NCBI GenBank assembly: GCA_963764725.1
Contig: CAVXTM010000001.1
Location: 224,001-288,000, forward strand
Direction: 5' to 3'
Length of the DNA stretch: 64,000 nt
Source: an uncultured Gammaproteobacteria bacterium
GTDB lineage: Bacteria > Pseudomonadota > Gammaproteobacteria > JACCXJ01
The position numbers were made by a program, and so were the translations under genes. This document shows, piece after piece, positions 11,238 through 21,667 of the stretch (its first letter is position 1; each line of letters begins with the position of its first letter). Under the pieces are notes generated by a model. It did no database searches, had not been told where the DNA came from, and saw only the letters and a list, made by a program, of their open reading frames with translations.

Positions 11238-12485
11238 ATGTTCAAGCCGCTCGGTCTCTACATCGGCCTGCGCTACACGCGCGCAAAGCGCCGCAACCAC
11301 TTCATTTCGTTTATATCGATCATTTCAATGCTGGGGGTCGCGGTCGGCGTGACGGCGCTCATCACCGTGATCTCGGTGATGAACGGCTTCGAGAAGGAAC
11401 TGCGGGGGCGCATCCTCGGGGTCACCGCGCATGCAACCATCGTCGAGCGCGGCGGGCCGTTGCGCGATTGGCAGGCCGTGAGCGCCGTGATCGATCGCGA
11501 TCCCCAGGTACGCGGGTCCGCGCCTTTCATACGCGCCGAGGGCATGGCGACGCGCGCGGGCAGTGTGCACGGGGTGATCGTCGAGGGCGTTTTGCCGGAC
11601 CAGGAACCCAAAGTATCGGTGGTGGGCGAGCGCATGCGAACGGGGCGTTTGGCGGATCTCAAGCCGGGCGCGTATAAGATCTTGCTCGGCGCCGCCTTAG
11701 CGCGAGCCCTCCGCGCCGAGGTCGGGGATAAGATCACCTTGGTCGTACCGCAAGCGACGGCGACGCCCGCGGGCATCCTACCGCGCCTCAAGCGCTTTAC
11801 CTTGGCGGGGGTGTTCGAGATCGGCATGCACGACTACGACGCCGCCTTGGCCGTGGTCCATCTCGAGGATGCGGCGCGCTTGTTCCGGATCCAGGGCGGC
11901 GTGAGCGGGATCCGCATCAAGGTCGATGATATGTTTGCCGCGCCGCGCATCAGCCGTGAGCTCATCCGCAGCTTACCCGAACACTATGCGGCCATGGACT
12001 GGACCCAGCAACACGTCAATTTCTTCCAAGCGCTGAAGACCGAGAAGATCGTGATGTACGTGATTCTGATGCTGATCGTGGCGGTCGCGGCCTTCAATAT
12101 TATTTCGACCCTGGTCATGGTGGTCACCGACAAGGCCGCCGATGTTGCCATCCTGCGCACCCTGGGCCTGACACCGAGGGGTATCATGTCGATCTTCATC
12201 GTCCAAGGGACGGTGATCGGCTTTGTCGGGACCTTGCTCGGGCTGCTGGGCGGGGTACAGTTGGCCACGCACGTCGATACCTTGGTCCCGGCGATCGAGC
12301 GGCTCTTTCAAACGCAGTTTCTACCCCCCGATATCTACTACATCAGCGAGTTGCCCTCCGATATGCGCTGGCCGGATGTCATCCGCATCACCGTGATCGC
12401 CTTCACCCTCTGTCTCTTGAGCACCTTGTACCCCGCCTGGCGCGCCTCCCGGACCCAACCCGCGGAGGTCTTGCGTTATGAATAA
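11238..12485 (+). CDS. lolE: Lipoprotein-releasing ABC transporter permease (LolC/E/F family)
   Basis: [25 protein letters not shown]-like motif, [16 protein letters not shown]; single permease gene. Confidence 0.88.
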   Translation: MFKPLGLYIGLRYTRAKRRNHFISFISIISMLGVAVGVTALITVISVMNGFEKELRGRILGVTAHATIVERGGPLRDWQAVSAVIDRDPQVRGSAPFIRAEGMATRAGSVHGVIVEGVLPDQEPKVSVVGERMRTGRLADLKPGAYKILLGAALARALRAEVGDKITLVVPQATATPAGILPRLKRFTLAGVFEIGMHDYDAALAVVHLEDAARLFRIQGGVSGIRIKVDDMFAAPRISRELIRSLPEHYAAMDWTQQHVNFFQALKTEKIVMYVILMLIVAVAAFNIISTLVMVVTDKAADVAILRTLGLTPRGIMSIFIVQGTVIGFVGTLLGLLGGVQLATHVDTLVPAIERLFQTQFLPPDIYYISELPSDMRWPDVIRITVIAFTLCLLSTLYPAWRASRTQPAEVLRYE

Positions 12486-13164
12486 CGGGGTGGTGCTCTC
12501 GTGCCGCGACCTGCAGAAATCGTTTTCCGAGGGTGGGCTCGATGTCCACGTGCTCAAAGGCATCGATCTGGCAGTCGACGCCGGTGAATTGATCGCGATC
12601 GTCGGCGCCTCCGGTTCCGGTAAGAGCACCTTGCTGCACCTGCTCGGGGGTTTGGATCTGCCCACGGCCGGCACGGTCGAGGTTTCGGGTGCGCCGATGA
12701 GTGCCCTGAGCGAAGCCGAACGCGGCTTGTTGCGAAATCGCACGCTGGGGTTCGTGTACCAGTTTCATCACTTGCTGCCCGAGTTCACGGCCATCGAGAA
12801 CGTCTCCATGCCGCTCTTAATCGCCGGGGCGAAGGTGCGCGATGCCAAGGCACGGGCGGCTGAAATACTCCAAGCCGTGGGCCTAGGCCAGCGCTTGCAA
12901 CACAAACCGGGGGAGCTGTCGGGCGGGGAGCGTCAGCGGGCGGCGGTGGCGCGCGCGCTAGTGACGCGCCCCACGTGTGTTTTAGCCGATGAGCCGACCG
13001 GGAATCTCGACGAACATACGGCGCAGCAGGTGTTCGAGGTCATGCTTGAGCTTAACCAGGCCTACGGCGCGACCCTGGTGATCGTGACGCACGATATGCG
13101 CTTGGCCCGGCGCATGAACCGCGTGCTGCACCTGACCGAGGGGCGCTTGGAAAACTCTCAATAG
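12478..13164 (+). CDS. lolD: Lipoprotein-releasing ABC transporter ATP-binding protein
   Basis: [30 protein letters not shown]. Confidence 0.96.
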   Translation: MNNGVVLSCRDLQKSFSEGGLDVHVLKGIDLAVDAGELIAIVGASGSGKSTLLHLLGGLDLPTAGTVEVSGAPMSALSEAERGLLRNRTLGFVYQFHHLLPEFTAIENVSMPLLIAGAKVRDAKARAAEILQAVGLGQRLQHKPGELSGGERQRAAVARALVTRPTCVLADEPTGNLDEHTAQQVFEVMLELNQAYGATLVIVTHDMRLARRMNRVLHLTEGRLENSQ

Positions 13165-13688
13165 TCGGTCTCGCGGCGTTGGTTGCGGCGCGCTTTCAGA
13201 CGCCGGAGGAGGTGCAGCCGCCACAGGCACTGAACGCAAAAATAGCCGACCACGGCGCTGGCGGCTCCGAGAAGTAGACACCCGAGCGAGAAAGGCGCCC
13301 AACTTTGGACGAGCACGTTTGTGACCCAGTCGATGGTCGGGTCGAAATCCGCGTTGAGGGGCGGCAGGCCCAGCAACCAGGCGCCTATCTTATAGGCAAT
13401 CACGCTAAAGGGAACGACTGTGATGGGGTTAGTGATCCAGGAAGAGAGGAACACGACCGGGAGGTTCACGCGCAACGCGACGGCGGAGACGGCCGCGAGC
13501 GGGGTGTGGACGGGCAACGGGATGAAGGCGATGAAAAGACCGGTGGCGACGGCCCAGGACGCGGAACGGCGGTTAATATGCCATAAGCTCGGATCATGCA
13601 AGCGATGGCCGAGAAAGCTGACGAAACGGTTACCGGAGAGCTTATGCTTAGCGGGCTGGTAACGCTTAAAGAATTCCTTGGGATGCAC
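13158..13688 (-). CDS. DUF2062 family membrane protein
   Basis: [29 protein letters not shown]; GTG start at 13688 with GGAG RBS. Confidence 0.8.
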   Translation of the reverse strand: MHPKEFFKRYQPAKHKLSGNRFVSFLGHRLHDPSLWHINRRSASWAVATGLFIAFIPLPVHTPLAAVSAVALRVNLPVVFLSSWITNPITVVPFSVIAYKIGAWLLGLPPLNADFDPTIDWVTNVLVQSWAPFSLGCLLLGAASAVVGYFCVQCLWRLHLLRRLKARRNQRRETDY

Positions 13689-13789
13689 GCTGCTGATCTC
13701 CGTTGGGATGCCGTTGATTCCCGGCGCGCCGGCCGCGACGCTCGCGGTATAGTGATTGTGTGGATTCTCGTCGTCAAGGAAGACGTCAC

Positions 13790-16078
13790 GTGCGTAAGGC
13801 AACGCTAGCTTTTCTGTTCGGCGTCTTAGCGCTACACGCCTTTCCCGATCTTCCCGATACAAGCTTGGGCGCGACCGCCTTGCCGCTCCTCGTGGCGTCA
13901 ATCCGGTTTCACTCCCTGCGCGTTCCGGCGTGGTTTGCGCTGGGGTTTGCGTGGGCTTTGCTCCGGGGGTCATGGATCCTCGCCGCTGGGCTACCGCCGG
14001 CGCTCGAAGGCGAGCCCCTCGTCATCGAGGGATCCGTGGCCGGTCTTCCGCGCGCCTATGAGCGTGCGCTAAACTTCGATATGGACGTGGCGGCTGTGAC
14101 CGGAATGGGTCGGGAATGGCTCTCGCCCGGGCGCGTGCGCCTGAGCTGGTACGGCCGGGAGCGCATCCTCGTTCCCGGGGAGACCTGGCGATTCGCGGTG
14201 AAACTGAAACGTCCGCACGGATTCATGAATCCCGGCGGCTTCGATTATGAAGGCTGGTTGTTTCAGCACCGTATCCGCGCCCTCGGCCATGTCATCGATA
14301 GCCCCCGAAACCGGCGTTTGGAGGCAGCTCGCGGCGCCCTGGTCGATCGGTTGCGCCAGCGGCTGGCCCTGAAGCTCGCGGGGGTGGCACGGCAGTCATC
14401 CCAGGGTAATGTGTTAACGGCCCTGGTGATCGGGACGCAGGACGCCATCGGCGCGGAACAATGGCAGGTCTTCAACCGCACCGGCACCTCGCATTTGGTC
14501 TCGATCTCCGGCCTGCACATCGGGCTAATCGCGCTCCTTGGCTTTTGGGTGGGTCGGTGGCTCTGGTCTCTGCCGGGATTTACCGTCCTGTACCTGGCCG
14601 CTCCGCGCGTCGGCGCGCTCTCGGGAACGCTGGCCGCGCTCGTATACTCGGGTCTCGCGGGCTTTTCGGTGCCTACGCAGCGTTCCTTCATCATGGTCGC
14701 GGTCTTGATGTGCGGGATCATCGTAAACCGCTTGTTCAAAACCATTGACCTATGGTTCATCGCGCTTTTGCTGGTGTTGATCCTAGACCCGTTTAGCGTG
14801 CTGGCACCGGGCTTCTGGCTGTCCTTCGGGGCAGTGGCCTTGATCCTTTATGGGATGCGCGGGCGGGTCGCGCCTTCCGGCCTCTGGTGGCGGATCGCGC
14901 GCCTACATATCGTGGTGGCGATCGGCTTGACCCCGGTGCTGTTGCTGATCTTTGGCCAGAATCCCATCGTGGGTCCGGTCGCGAATCTTCTCGCGGTGCC
15001 GTGGGTGAGCGTGGTGGCGGCGCCGTTGGCCTTGGCCGGCACGGCCTTGTGCTTTGTCTGGGAGTGGGCGGGGATCGCCGTGCTGGATCTGGCGCTAAAA
15101 AACCTGGAGGGACTTTGGGTTTATTTACAGTATCTATCGGAGCTCGATCATGCCACCTGGGTGCGGGCCGTTCCGGTGCCTTGGATCGGCGGGGCGGCGT
15201 TTATCGGAGTCTTGATCGTGCTCGCGCCGCGCGGCATTCCGGCCCGTTGGCTGGGGCTCGTGTGGTTGCTCCCGCTCCTGATCACACCGCCGCCGCGCCC
15301 GAAAGAAGGAGAGCTTTGGTTCACCTTGCTGGATGTCGGACAGGGTCTTTCCGCGGTCGTGCAAACCCGCGACCGCACCTTGGTATACGACAGCGGGCCG
15401 CGGTTCAACGAACGCTTCGACGCCGGCCGCGCGGTGTTGGTCCCCTATCTCAGGCAACACGGCATCGAGCATGTCGATACGCTCGTCGTCAGCCACGGCG
15501 ACAGTGATCACACGGGCGGGCTCGGCAGTCTGCTGGCGGAAGTCTCGGTTGGACGAATTCTCGCGAATGGCCCTATCGGCGGCCGGCGGGTCTCGGTGTG
15601 TCGAGACGGTCAGCACTGGCGCTGGGGCGAGGCAAACTTTTCGCTGCTGCATCCCGCGTTCGATGCAAACGGTTCCGACAACAACCATTCCTGTATCCTC
15701 AAAGTATCGCTCGGGGACAGGTCCGTATTGCTGCCGGGCGATATCGAGGCCAAGGCGGAATACGAGTTATTAGAGCAACACCACGAAAACCTAAAGGCGA
15801 ACATCTTGGTAGCCCCCCATCATGGGAGTAAAACCTCGTCCACGGTAAGCTTTATCGATGCGGTCTCGCCCGACTACGTGCTTTTCTCCGTGGGCTATCG
15901 AAACCGCTACCGCTTTCCTGATGCCGATGTCCTGCGCACCTACCAGGCGCGCGGCGCCATTCCGTTGCTCAGCGCCGAGGAAGGTGCGATTCGGTTTCGC
16001 TTCGGCCCTGGCGCCCGCCGCGCTCCAGAGCTATACCGCAAAGAGAGGAGACGGTTTTGGCGGGCCGATGCCCCTTGA
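13790..16078 (+). CDS. comEC: DNA uptake protein ComEC/Rec2
   Basis: NPGGFDYEGWL, HLVSISGLHIG, LDVGQG, SHGDSDH, PHHGS (metallo-beta-lactamase domain); GTG start with AAGGA RBS. Confidence 0.95.
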   Translation: MRKATLAFLFGVLALHAFPDLPDTSLGATALPLLVASIRFHSLRVPAWFALGFAWALLRGSWILAAGLPPALEGEPLVIEGSVAGLPRAYERALNFDMDVAAVTGMGREWLSPGRVRLSWYGRERILVPGETWRFAVKLKRPHGFMNPGGFDYEGWLFQHRIRALGHVIDSPRNRRLEAARGALVDRLRQRLALKLAGVARQSSQGNVLTALVIGTQDAIGAEQWQVFNRTGTSHLVSISGLHIGLIALLGFWVGRWLWSLPGFTVLYLAAPRVGALSGTLAALVYSGLAGFSVPTQRSFIMVAVLMCGIIVNRLFKTIDLWFIALLLVLILDPFSVLAPGFWLSFGAVALILYGMRGRVAPSGLWWRIARLHIVVAIGLTPVLLLIFGQNPIVGPVANLLAVPWVSVVAAPLALAGTALCFVWEWAGIAVLDLALKNLEGLWVYLQYLSELDHATWVRAVPVPWIGGAAFIGVLIVLAPRGIPARWLGLVWLLPLLITPPPRPKEGELWFTLLDVGQGLSAVVQTRDRTLVYDSGPRFNERFDAGRAVLVPYLRQHGIEHVDTLVVSHGDSDHTGGLGSLLAEVSVGRILANGPIGGRRVSVCRDGQHWRWGEANFSLLHPAFDANGSDNNHSCILKVSLGDRSVLLPGDIEAKAEYELLEQHHENLKANILVAPHHGSKTSSTVSFIDAVSPDYVLFSVGYRNRYRFPDADVLRTYQARGAIPLLSAEEGAIRFRFGPGARRAPELYRKERRRFWRADAP

Positions 16079-16118
16079 AAAGCCATGTCATTCACACCCG
16101 CAACGGGGGTCAGCTCTC

Positions 16119-16195
16119 GTAGGGTGGAACACCGAAGGTGGTTCCGCCGAACGATTCGCCATCCGGCGGATCGCCCCGACGGGTATCCGCCTTAC
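16119..16195. repeat. Inverted pair of GTAG-type REP-like palindromes
   Basis: GTAGGGTGGAAC-accgaaggtg-GTTCCGCC and GGCGGAT...ATCCGCCTTAC in opposite orientation after comEC. Confidence 0.6.
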
Positions 16196-16336
16196 GGTCC
16201 TGGGTGATGTGGTGCGAGACGCCGGCAAACACCGGACGGGCGATTCTTGGCATGCGCCAAGCCTAGCGCAGAATCAAGGTGTGCGTCCTTTATAGGGGCT
16301 GGGGACGTATAACGAATTCTGGGATTATGTTCCTGG

Positions 16337-17343
16337 TTACGCAATCGTGAAAGGGCGTTTCTTGTACTTTGGCTTTTTTACGGATATGGGCTCTGGTCTA
16401 TCAGCGGAAGGTTCTTCATCTTGCGAGAATATGGGAAGGTCGAACGGCGGAAATTCAAGCTTTGGTACTTTTGGCTCTTCATTCCGCGTTGCAAGCCCTT
16501 CTTTAATTGCTTGCTGTGAACTTTCACTGAGCGTTAGCTGCAGTCGAGGTTTCAGTTTATATCGCGCACGTTTCAAAACATGTTCCCCTTCCGTCCCTGC
16601 GGCTTCCCACGTGACAAGCAATACGGCTTCAATTTCGACAGCTCTCAGACGCGTTTCATAGCCGTAGACGTAAAGTTATAGGGCCATGGTCGCTTTTCTG
16701 CGTGGTATATGTACTTCTGGGTTGCCTTAACAATGTCGTAGTTTAAGGAGTGAATAGACACGTCGCTTAACGGTAGGGGATCTTGCTCTTGACGTACTAA
16801 TTGCGGTAATAATTTCTCGGCGACTCTTTTTTCGATTATCGGGTACCAGTTGTCTACGTACTTAGAAACGCGTGGCAATAAGCGTTCTGCTAAACGGCGT
16901 AAAAAAGGTTGTACTTCTAGTACCGTGTAGCCAGGGTAGAGCGGATCGAAGTAACGCGTGTGTACTGATTGTGCTAACCCAAATGAAATAAGCAGTTGCT
17001 CAAAATCGATGTCGTCAAATGAATTGGTTATCGATTCTTGAGGCTTTAACCTCCCGTAACAAAACAGCCTAGTTGTTTTGGTCGGCCGTCGCCACCGGAA
17101 CAACGTGCGGGCGGGTCTAAAGTGAATCACACTTCTTATATTGATGGCATCTATGGTGCCATTGCAGTGAATCCAAATTGCTGGATGTAAGTTGGGATAG
17201 ATTGAGCTACAACCCAACACAATTTGTAAGTCTGGATAATGAGAGCGGCGAAATAACCGGCGAGTATGACGATAGTTGAGAACTGAAGTAATTGCTGAAG
17301 TAATTAAAGCAATGAACGAGACTAAAAGGCTTAAGTTTTTCAT
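16337..17343 (-). pseudogene. Low-GC hypothetical membrane-anchored protein, apparently split by a frameshift near 16680
   Basis: ORF 16645-17343 (N-terminal TM MKNLSLLVSFIALITSAITSV) overlaps an open frame that continues into ORF 16337-16621; AT-rich; cassette-like ends. Confidence 0.5.
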
Positions 17344-17474
17344 TTGGATGTAACGCAACATACTGTTTCGCCGGTAAGAAATACGAAGCAGGTTCAGATA
17401 GTACACGGGGCATCCTACTGGCAGGAAGACGAGTCTACGTATAGGATTTTGCGGCTACGGTGCCATGCGGGAAG

Positions 17475-19232
17475 TTATGCCTGCTTGCCCACCGAAATGA
17501 GCAAATCACGGATGTCCTGGGCAATAACCTCTGGGGAAAGGGATGCGACAAGATGACCACGAGTGATCGGCTTCGATGTCTTATTATTGAGAACCTTTAG
17601 CGTTTCCCGCAGAGCCTCTTTTCCCGGGAAGACTCGCTGGATCACGTTAACGGAGTTGAGATCTAAGCTATCGAACCACTTATCGACTTCTACTTCAAGG
17701 TCCGGATCCTTCCAACGTTTGCCGTCTACGAGATGCCGGTTCAAGCTCTTTGCAGTCTCTCTACTCTTGTGCCTTGCATCCGCCTTCACGGCCTGGGCAG
17801 CTGTGAGGATTGCGCTTTTCCCGTCGGCCTCAGTTACCTTCCGTTTTACAAATGTTGCCGCCTTCTCGAAGAGAACGGGTTCGAGTAGGTAATTCTCAAT
17901 TTCATGCCTTTCCAATAGATGCGGCACAACGCCGTCCCCTTTCTGTGACTCGAGAAAGGGGCCAACGATGAATTCTGGCATTCCGTCGCGGTCTTGAACA
18001 AAAGTCAGATCAAACTTCGTCCCGGTGAGTTCCTTCAACACGTTCCCGAGTGCTGCGATCGAACGAAAATTACCGACACCTTTCGCGGGGAGTACATATG
18101 AACTGCTCTTAGTCGAGAACAGAGGGTTCCCGATCGCTTTGTCGATGGCTTTGAGGATAGTCTGATCTTCGTCTTCGATTACAACTAGACGTTTGGAAGA
18201 TAGCAGACGGGACAGGGCTGATACGTCTACGACATTGGCGTCAACCAGTGCGCTTACAAGATCGGTGTTCTTTCCAATCGGTGACACGCTCTTCTTGGTC
18301 GAATCGATGACAAGCACTTCGTTTGTCGAGAACGTGTCAATCAAATCTAGAGAGTGTGTACTAAGAAATACCTGAGCATCGAGATCCTTAGCAACCCGAC
18401 GAAAGAGCTCGCCGAGCCGTGCCTGCAGTTTGCTGTGCAAGTGGGCATCGGGCTCGTCGATAAGAAGAACTTTTGGCTGAGCGAGATAGAGGTACGTGAG
18501 CATCTGGATGACTTGTTGAAGCCCGGAGCCGGAGGAAACCACATCGAAGTGAGTCATCTTCTCCTCGTATTTTACGGTTACGAATTCATCTGCATCTTGG
18601 TCGAAAGTGACGGTATGTACGGTAACGCCGAAAAGATCTTTAAGCCACTCATTGATCTGCTCAACATGATTTGCGTTGCTCGCATTCAACTGCTGAAGGC
18701 TGCTGCGAAAGATCTCGGAGTATCGGCCCTGCGTAGCGAGAGCGTTTCTTCGGGCTCGGGTGGCATACGGTTCGGTGACAAGGACACCTACCAAGCCCGG
18801 AATAAAAGCGACCTGCGTACCAAGGTAAGATAAGACCTTTTTCGCGGTCAAGTTTTTCGGCAGTTCCTCAGCCGAAACATGAATCTGGCCGAACTGCTGG
18901 CGAAGAACGACCGCGAACGTCACGTCATCATCAAAAGTAACGGATATGGTTAGCGCCTTGCCTGCTTGGAGGTGGTGCCAAAGTTCTCGGATGTCGGGGG
19001 TAGGGGCAATCTCTTCGGCCCCGGATAAGAATCGACGATGATAATCCGCTACCGGCGGATCGCCCTGGACCGTTACGTGGCCATGCATCAGAAGGAAGAA
19101 CGCCCGAATAGCATGCAATACGCTGGTCTTACCGCAGTTGTTCGGCCCGACGAGAACATTGAACTCCCCGACCTCAAAGGTAGTGTCGGCAAACTGTCGG
19201 AATCGCTGCAGGCAAATTCTCTTTATTTTCAC
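17475..19232 (-). CDS. ABC/AAA ATPase fused to TOPRIM-like nuclease (OLD / PARIS AriA-AriB-like), candidate anti-phage protein
   Basis: Walker A GPNNCGKT, signature-like SSGSG, Walker B/D-loop LLIDEPDAHLH, H-loop LSTHS, TOPRIM-like VVIED, DRD and HEIENYL; lower GC than flanks. Confidence 0.8.
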   Translation of the reverse strand: MKIKRICLQRFRQFADTTFEVGEFNVLVGPNNCGKTSVLHAIRAFFLLMHGHVTVQGDPPVADYHRRFLSGAEEIAPTPDIRELWHHLQAGKALTISVTFDDDVTFAVVLRQQFGQIHVSAEELPKNLTAKKVLSYLGTQVAFIPGLVGVLVTEPYATRARRNALATQGRYSEIFRSSLQQLNASNANHVEQINEWLKDLFGVTVHTVTFDQDADEFVTVKYEEKMTHFDVVSSGSGLQQVIQMLTYLYLAQPKVLLIDEPDAHLHSKLQARLGELFRRVAKDLDAQVFLSTHSLDLIDTFSTNEVLVIDSTKKSVSPIGKNTDLVSALVDANVVDVSALSRLLSSKRLVVIEDEDQTILKAIDKAIGNPLFSTKSSSYVLPAKGVGNFRSIAALGNVLKELTGTKFDLTFVQDRDGMPEFIVGPFLESQKGDGVVPHLLERHEIENYLLEPVLFEKAATFVKRKVTEADGKSAILTAAQAVKADARHKSRETAKSLNRHLVDGKRWKDPDLEVEVDKWFDSLDLNSVNVIQRVFPGKEALRETLKVLNNKTSKPITRGHLVASLSPEVIAQDIRDLLISVGKQA

Positions 19233-19255
19233 GAACGACCTCGAGCACCGAAAGG

Positions 19256-19296
19256 ACCTAACGACTAAGCATCAGCCGCCGCGAGCGAAGATCGCA
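19256..19296 (-). other. Right half of an attC-like site (L'-R') upstream of the ATPase gene
   Basis: Minus strand reads GCGGCGGCTGATGC-TTAGTC-GTTAGGT (GTTRRRY), ending 24 nt before the GTG start. Confidence 0.55.
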
Positions 19297-19576
19297 ATAG
19301 GGTGTATTAGGGCGAATGCGACTGCGCCGACCGTCTTGGCCAACAGAAGGAAGCGAACCTTTACAACGATAGGACTTTCCACGGGATTTCGCAACGGTAA
19401 ACGGTTCGCTTGGACCCTGTCGCGGAACGACTCAGGTGCTGTACAAGGGGATACGGCCCATTCCCGATCGTCCCGGTACGCTTTCGGGTGCGAAGTATAG
19501 GGTTGGAGGGTGGTCACCGGCGACAAGCCTTCTGCGCCATCGGTGTAAAAATCAGTTTTAGAATGTAACATCCTAT

Positions 19577-19698
19577 ACGGCTTTATGAATCCCGGCGGCT
19601 TCGATTATGAAGGCTGGTTGTTTCAGCACCGCATCGGCGCGCTCGGCCATGTGATCGAAAGCCCCCGAAACGGGCGCTTGGAGGCCGCTCGGGCGCCC
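19577..19698 (+). repeat. Diverged direct-repeat copy of internal comEC sequence (matches 14217-14339)
   Basis: Manual alignment gives a 47-nt identical core, 10 substitutions and 1 deletion overall. Confidence 0.92.
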
Positions 19699-19700
19699 GC

Positions 19701-20252
19701 TTAAGGCAGGAGATCGGCGACCGCGACCGCCCGGCTCGCCCCGCTCGGCACGAGCGTTTCACCCTTTGTTACAATACGGTGCTCAAGATAATCTGAGCCT
19801 TGCGGGTTCCGGCAGACCTCGAGCACGCCCTGGATGAGGTTGACCAGCCAGTATTCCGGGACCCCATTTCGGGCATACAGCACCCGCTTTGTGGAACGGT
19901 CGTAGGCGAGCGTGGTGTCGGCGATCTCCACGAGGAGCACGGCGTTGGTCGGGTGGCTCGTGAGGAAGTCCCGCGGCCTGCCCGGGACGATCGCGAGATC
20001 GGGCTCCGGTGCCGAGCCGGCGTCCAGGGCTACGGGAGACTGGATGCGGACGACATAGCGGTCTCCGTACGCACGGCGCAAGGCGTCGTGGAGGAGGCAG
20101 AGGGCCACCGCGTGCGGTTCGTTCTGAGGCTCCATATCCACGATCTCCCCGTCGATCAACTCCAGGCGTTGGTCGGGCTCGAAGCCTCCGAGCCGCACTA
20201 CACGCTCATATTCCTCGCGCGTCCAACGATGAGGCTTGGGGAGGGTGCTCAT
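19701..20252 (-). CDS. Uma2 family (PDDEXK-like) endonuclease
   Basis: RLELIDGEIV, PEPDLAIV, LLVEIADTT, YARNGVPEYWLVNL. Confidence 0.9.
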   Translation of the reverse strand: MSTLPKPHRWTREEYERVVRLGGFEPDQRLELIDGEIVDMEPQNEPHAVALCLLHDALRRAYGDRYVVRIQSPVALDAGSAPEPDLAIVPGRPRDFLTSHPTNAVLLVEIADTTLAYDRSTKRVLYARNGVPEYWLVNLIQGVLEVCRNPQGSDYLEHRIVTKGETLVPSGASRAVAVADLLP

Positions 20253-20528
20253 GACAACAAACATAGTCTCACGGTGGGCCTGAAACAAGCTACCGGCGGC
20301 TGAGAGACGGGGAAGAGCACACAGGCTGGGCTGAGGTCACGAAGCTCATCAATCGCGAACGATGCGCCTCCTTCGTTGGCACATCCTACGAGCTCAGCCA
20401 ATGTTATACAGAATGACTTCGACAAATCTGCAAGATCCTTTACAAAACAAACCGGGCACATGGTTTACATCCATTATGGTATTGGCGAGGAGGAAACGCC
20501 AACGCCGTTGGGCGCAGGTAAATCACTC

Positions 20529-21227
20529 TCAGTATCTGCGATTGCCTGTCGGCCGATACAGCCGCACGTGGGGATACTTAAAAAATGGGATCAGCGCCAT
20601 TCCCGCGACAAAGCCGCTCGCATGAGCAGCAAACGCCACGCCCCCTTGGTCCGCGCTGGCGAGTGCCGAATAGAGTAACTGCATGCCAAACCATAGGCCC
20701 AGAACCCACAACGCGGGCAGGCGCATGGAGAGAAAGCTGAAAGGTATTAGAACTACGACTTGGGCACGCGGGAAGAGCAACAGATAAGCGCCAAGCACGC
20801 CCGAGATGGCGCCACTGGCGCCGATCATGGGGATCTTGCTTTCTGGGTTGAGCAAGGACTGGCCAAGCGCCGCGATCACACCGCACGCAAGGTAGAACAC
20901 AACGAAGCGCCCGTGCCCCATGGAGTCTTCGACATTGTTGCCGAAGATCCACAGGTACAGCATGTTGCCGATGAGATGCATGAAACCGCCATGCAGGAAC
21001 ATGGACGAAAAGACCGTGAACCACACCGGCGCCATCACCAGCTCCGGTGCTAATTCAATGTCCGTGAAGAATAAGGCGGGGATAAACCCTAAGCCATAAA
21101 CGGCCTGCTCGTAAGCTTCGGAATCCAAGGTACTCTGCCACAGAAAGATCAATGTGCAGGCGCCGATGAGAGCCACCGTCACCAGGGGGGTGCGGGCGGC
21201 CGGGTTATCATCGCGTAGCGGAATCAT
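20529..21227 (-). CDS. Rhomboid family intramembrane serine protease
   Basis: HGGFMHLIGNMLYL, GASGA, AFAAHASGF. Confidence 0.93.
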   Translation of the reverse strand: MIPLRDDNPAARTPLVTVALIGACTLIFLWQSTLDSEAYEQAVYGLGFIPALFFTDIELAPELVMAPVWFTVFSSMFLHGGFMHLIGNMLYLWIFGNNVEDSMGHGRFVVFYLACGVIAALGQSLLNPESKIPMIGASGAISGVLGAYLLLFPRAQVVVLIPFSFLSMRLPALWVLGLWFGMQLLYSALASADQGGVAFAAHASGFVAGMALIPFFKYPHVRLYRPTGNRRY

Positions 21228-21309
21228 GAGCGTTCACAATGGGTTTTTAGCAATGCTCAAACCGTATAATATACGATGACACCATAGCAGCGAGCCCGCA
21301 CAGCTAAAA

Positions 21310-21606
21310 ATGATAGGCGAAAAGAAAATCGATAGCCCGCTACTCGCGTCCTATGCCATCGCCGTTCTAACCGAGGATCACGGCGATCGCATGTTCGTCG
21401 CGCTCGATCAATACCGAAATCGGTTGGTCTGGTCGCGGAAGTACCGGCCGGCGGTCGTGTATGACAGCGAGGACAAGGCGCTTATGGCGATGCAGGACAT
21501 CAACGGCGGAGGACATCCGCATTTGGCCGACGAAAAGGCGGGGGTGGATCTCGCTACCATGTGCATATTGGAAACGAGCATTTCCTTCCGGTTCACGCGC
21601 CCGTGA
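21310..21606 (+). CDS. Hypothetical protein
   Basis: 98-aa ORF with host-like codon usage; divergent from rhomboid and upstream of the peptidase operon. Confidence 0.6.
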   Translation: MIGEKKIDSPLLASYAIAVLTEDHGDRMFVALDQYRNRLVWSRKYRPAVVYDSEDKALMAMQDINGGGHPHLADEKAGVDLATMCILETSISFRFTRP

Positions 21607-21667
21607 GTGGGATTGAGATCACCGCTTACCACTCTCACGTCATCATCGGTATTACCTCTAGGTTTGG

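Noticed and set aside
13689-13973. Long head-to-head overlap between the DUF2062 ORF and comEC
   Set aside because: Disappears when the RBS-supported GTG starts (13688 and 13790) are used
17475-19576. Retron (ATPase-TOPRIM effector plus msr-msd)
   Set aside because: No reverse transcriptase in the window; one stem-loop is not enough evidence
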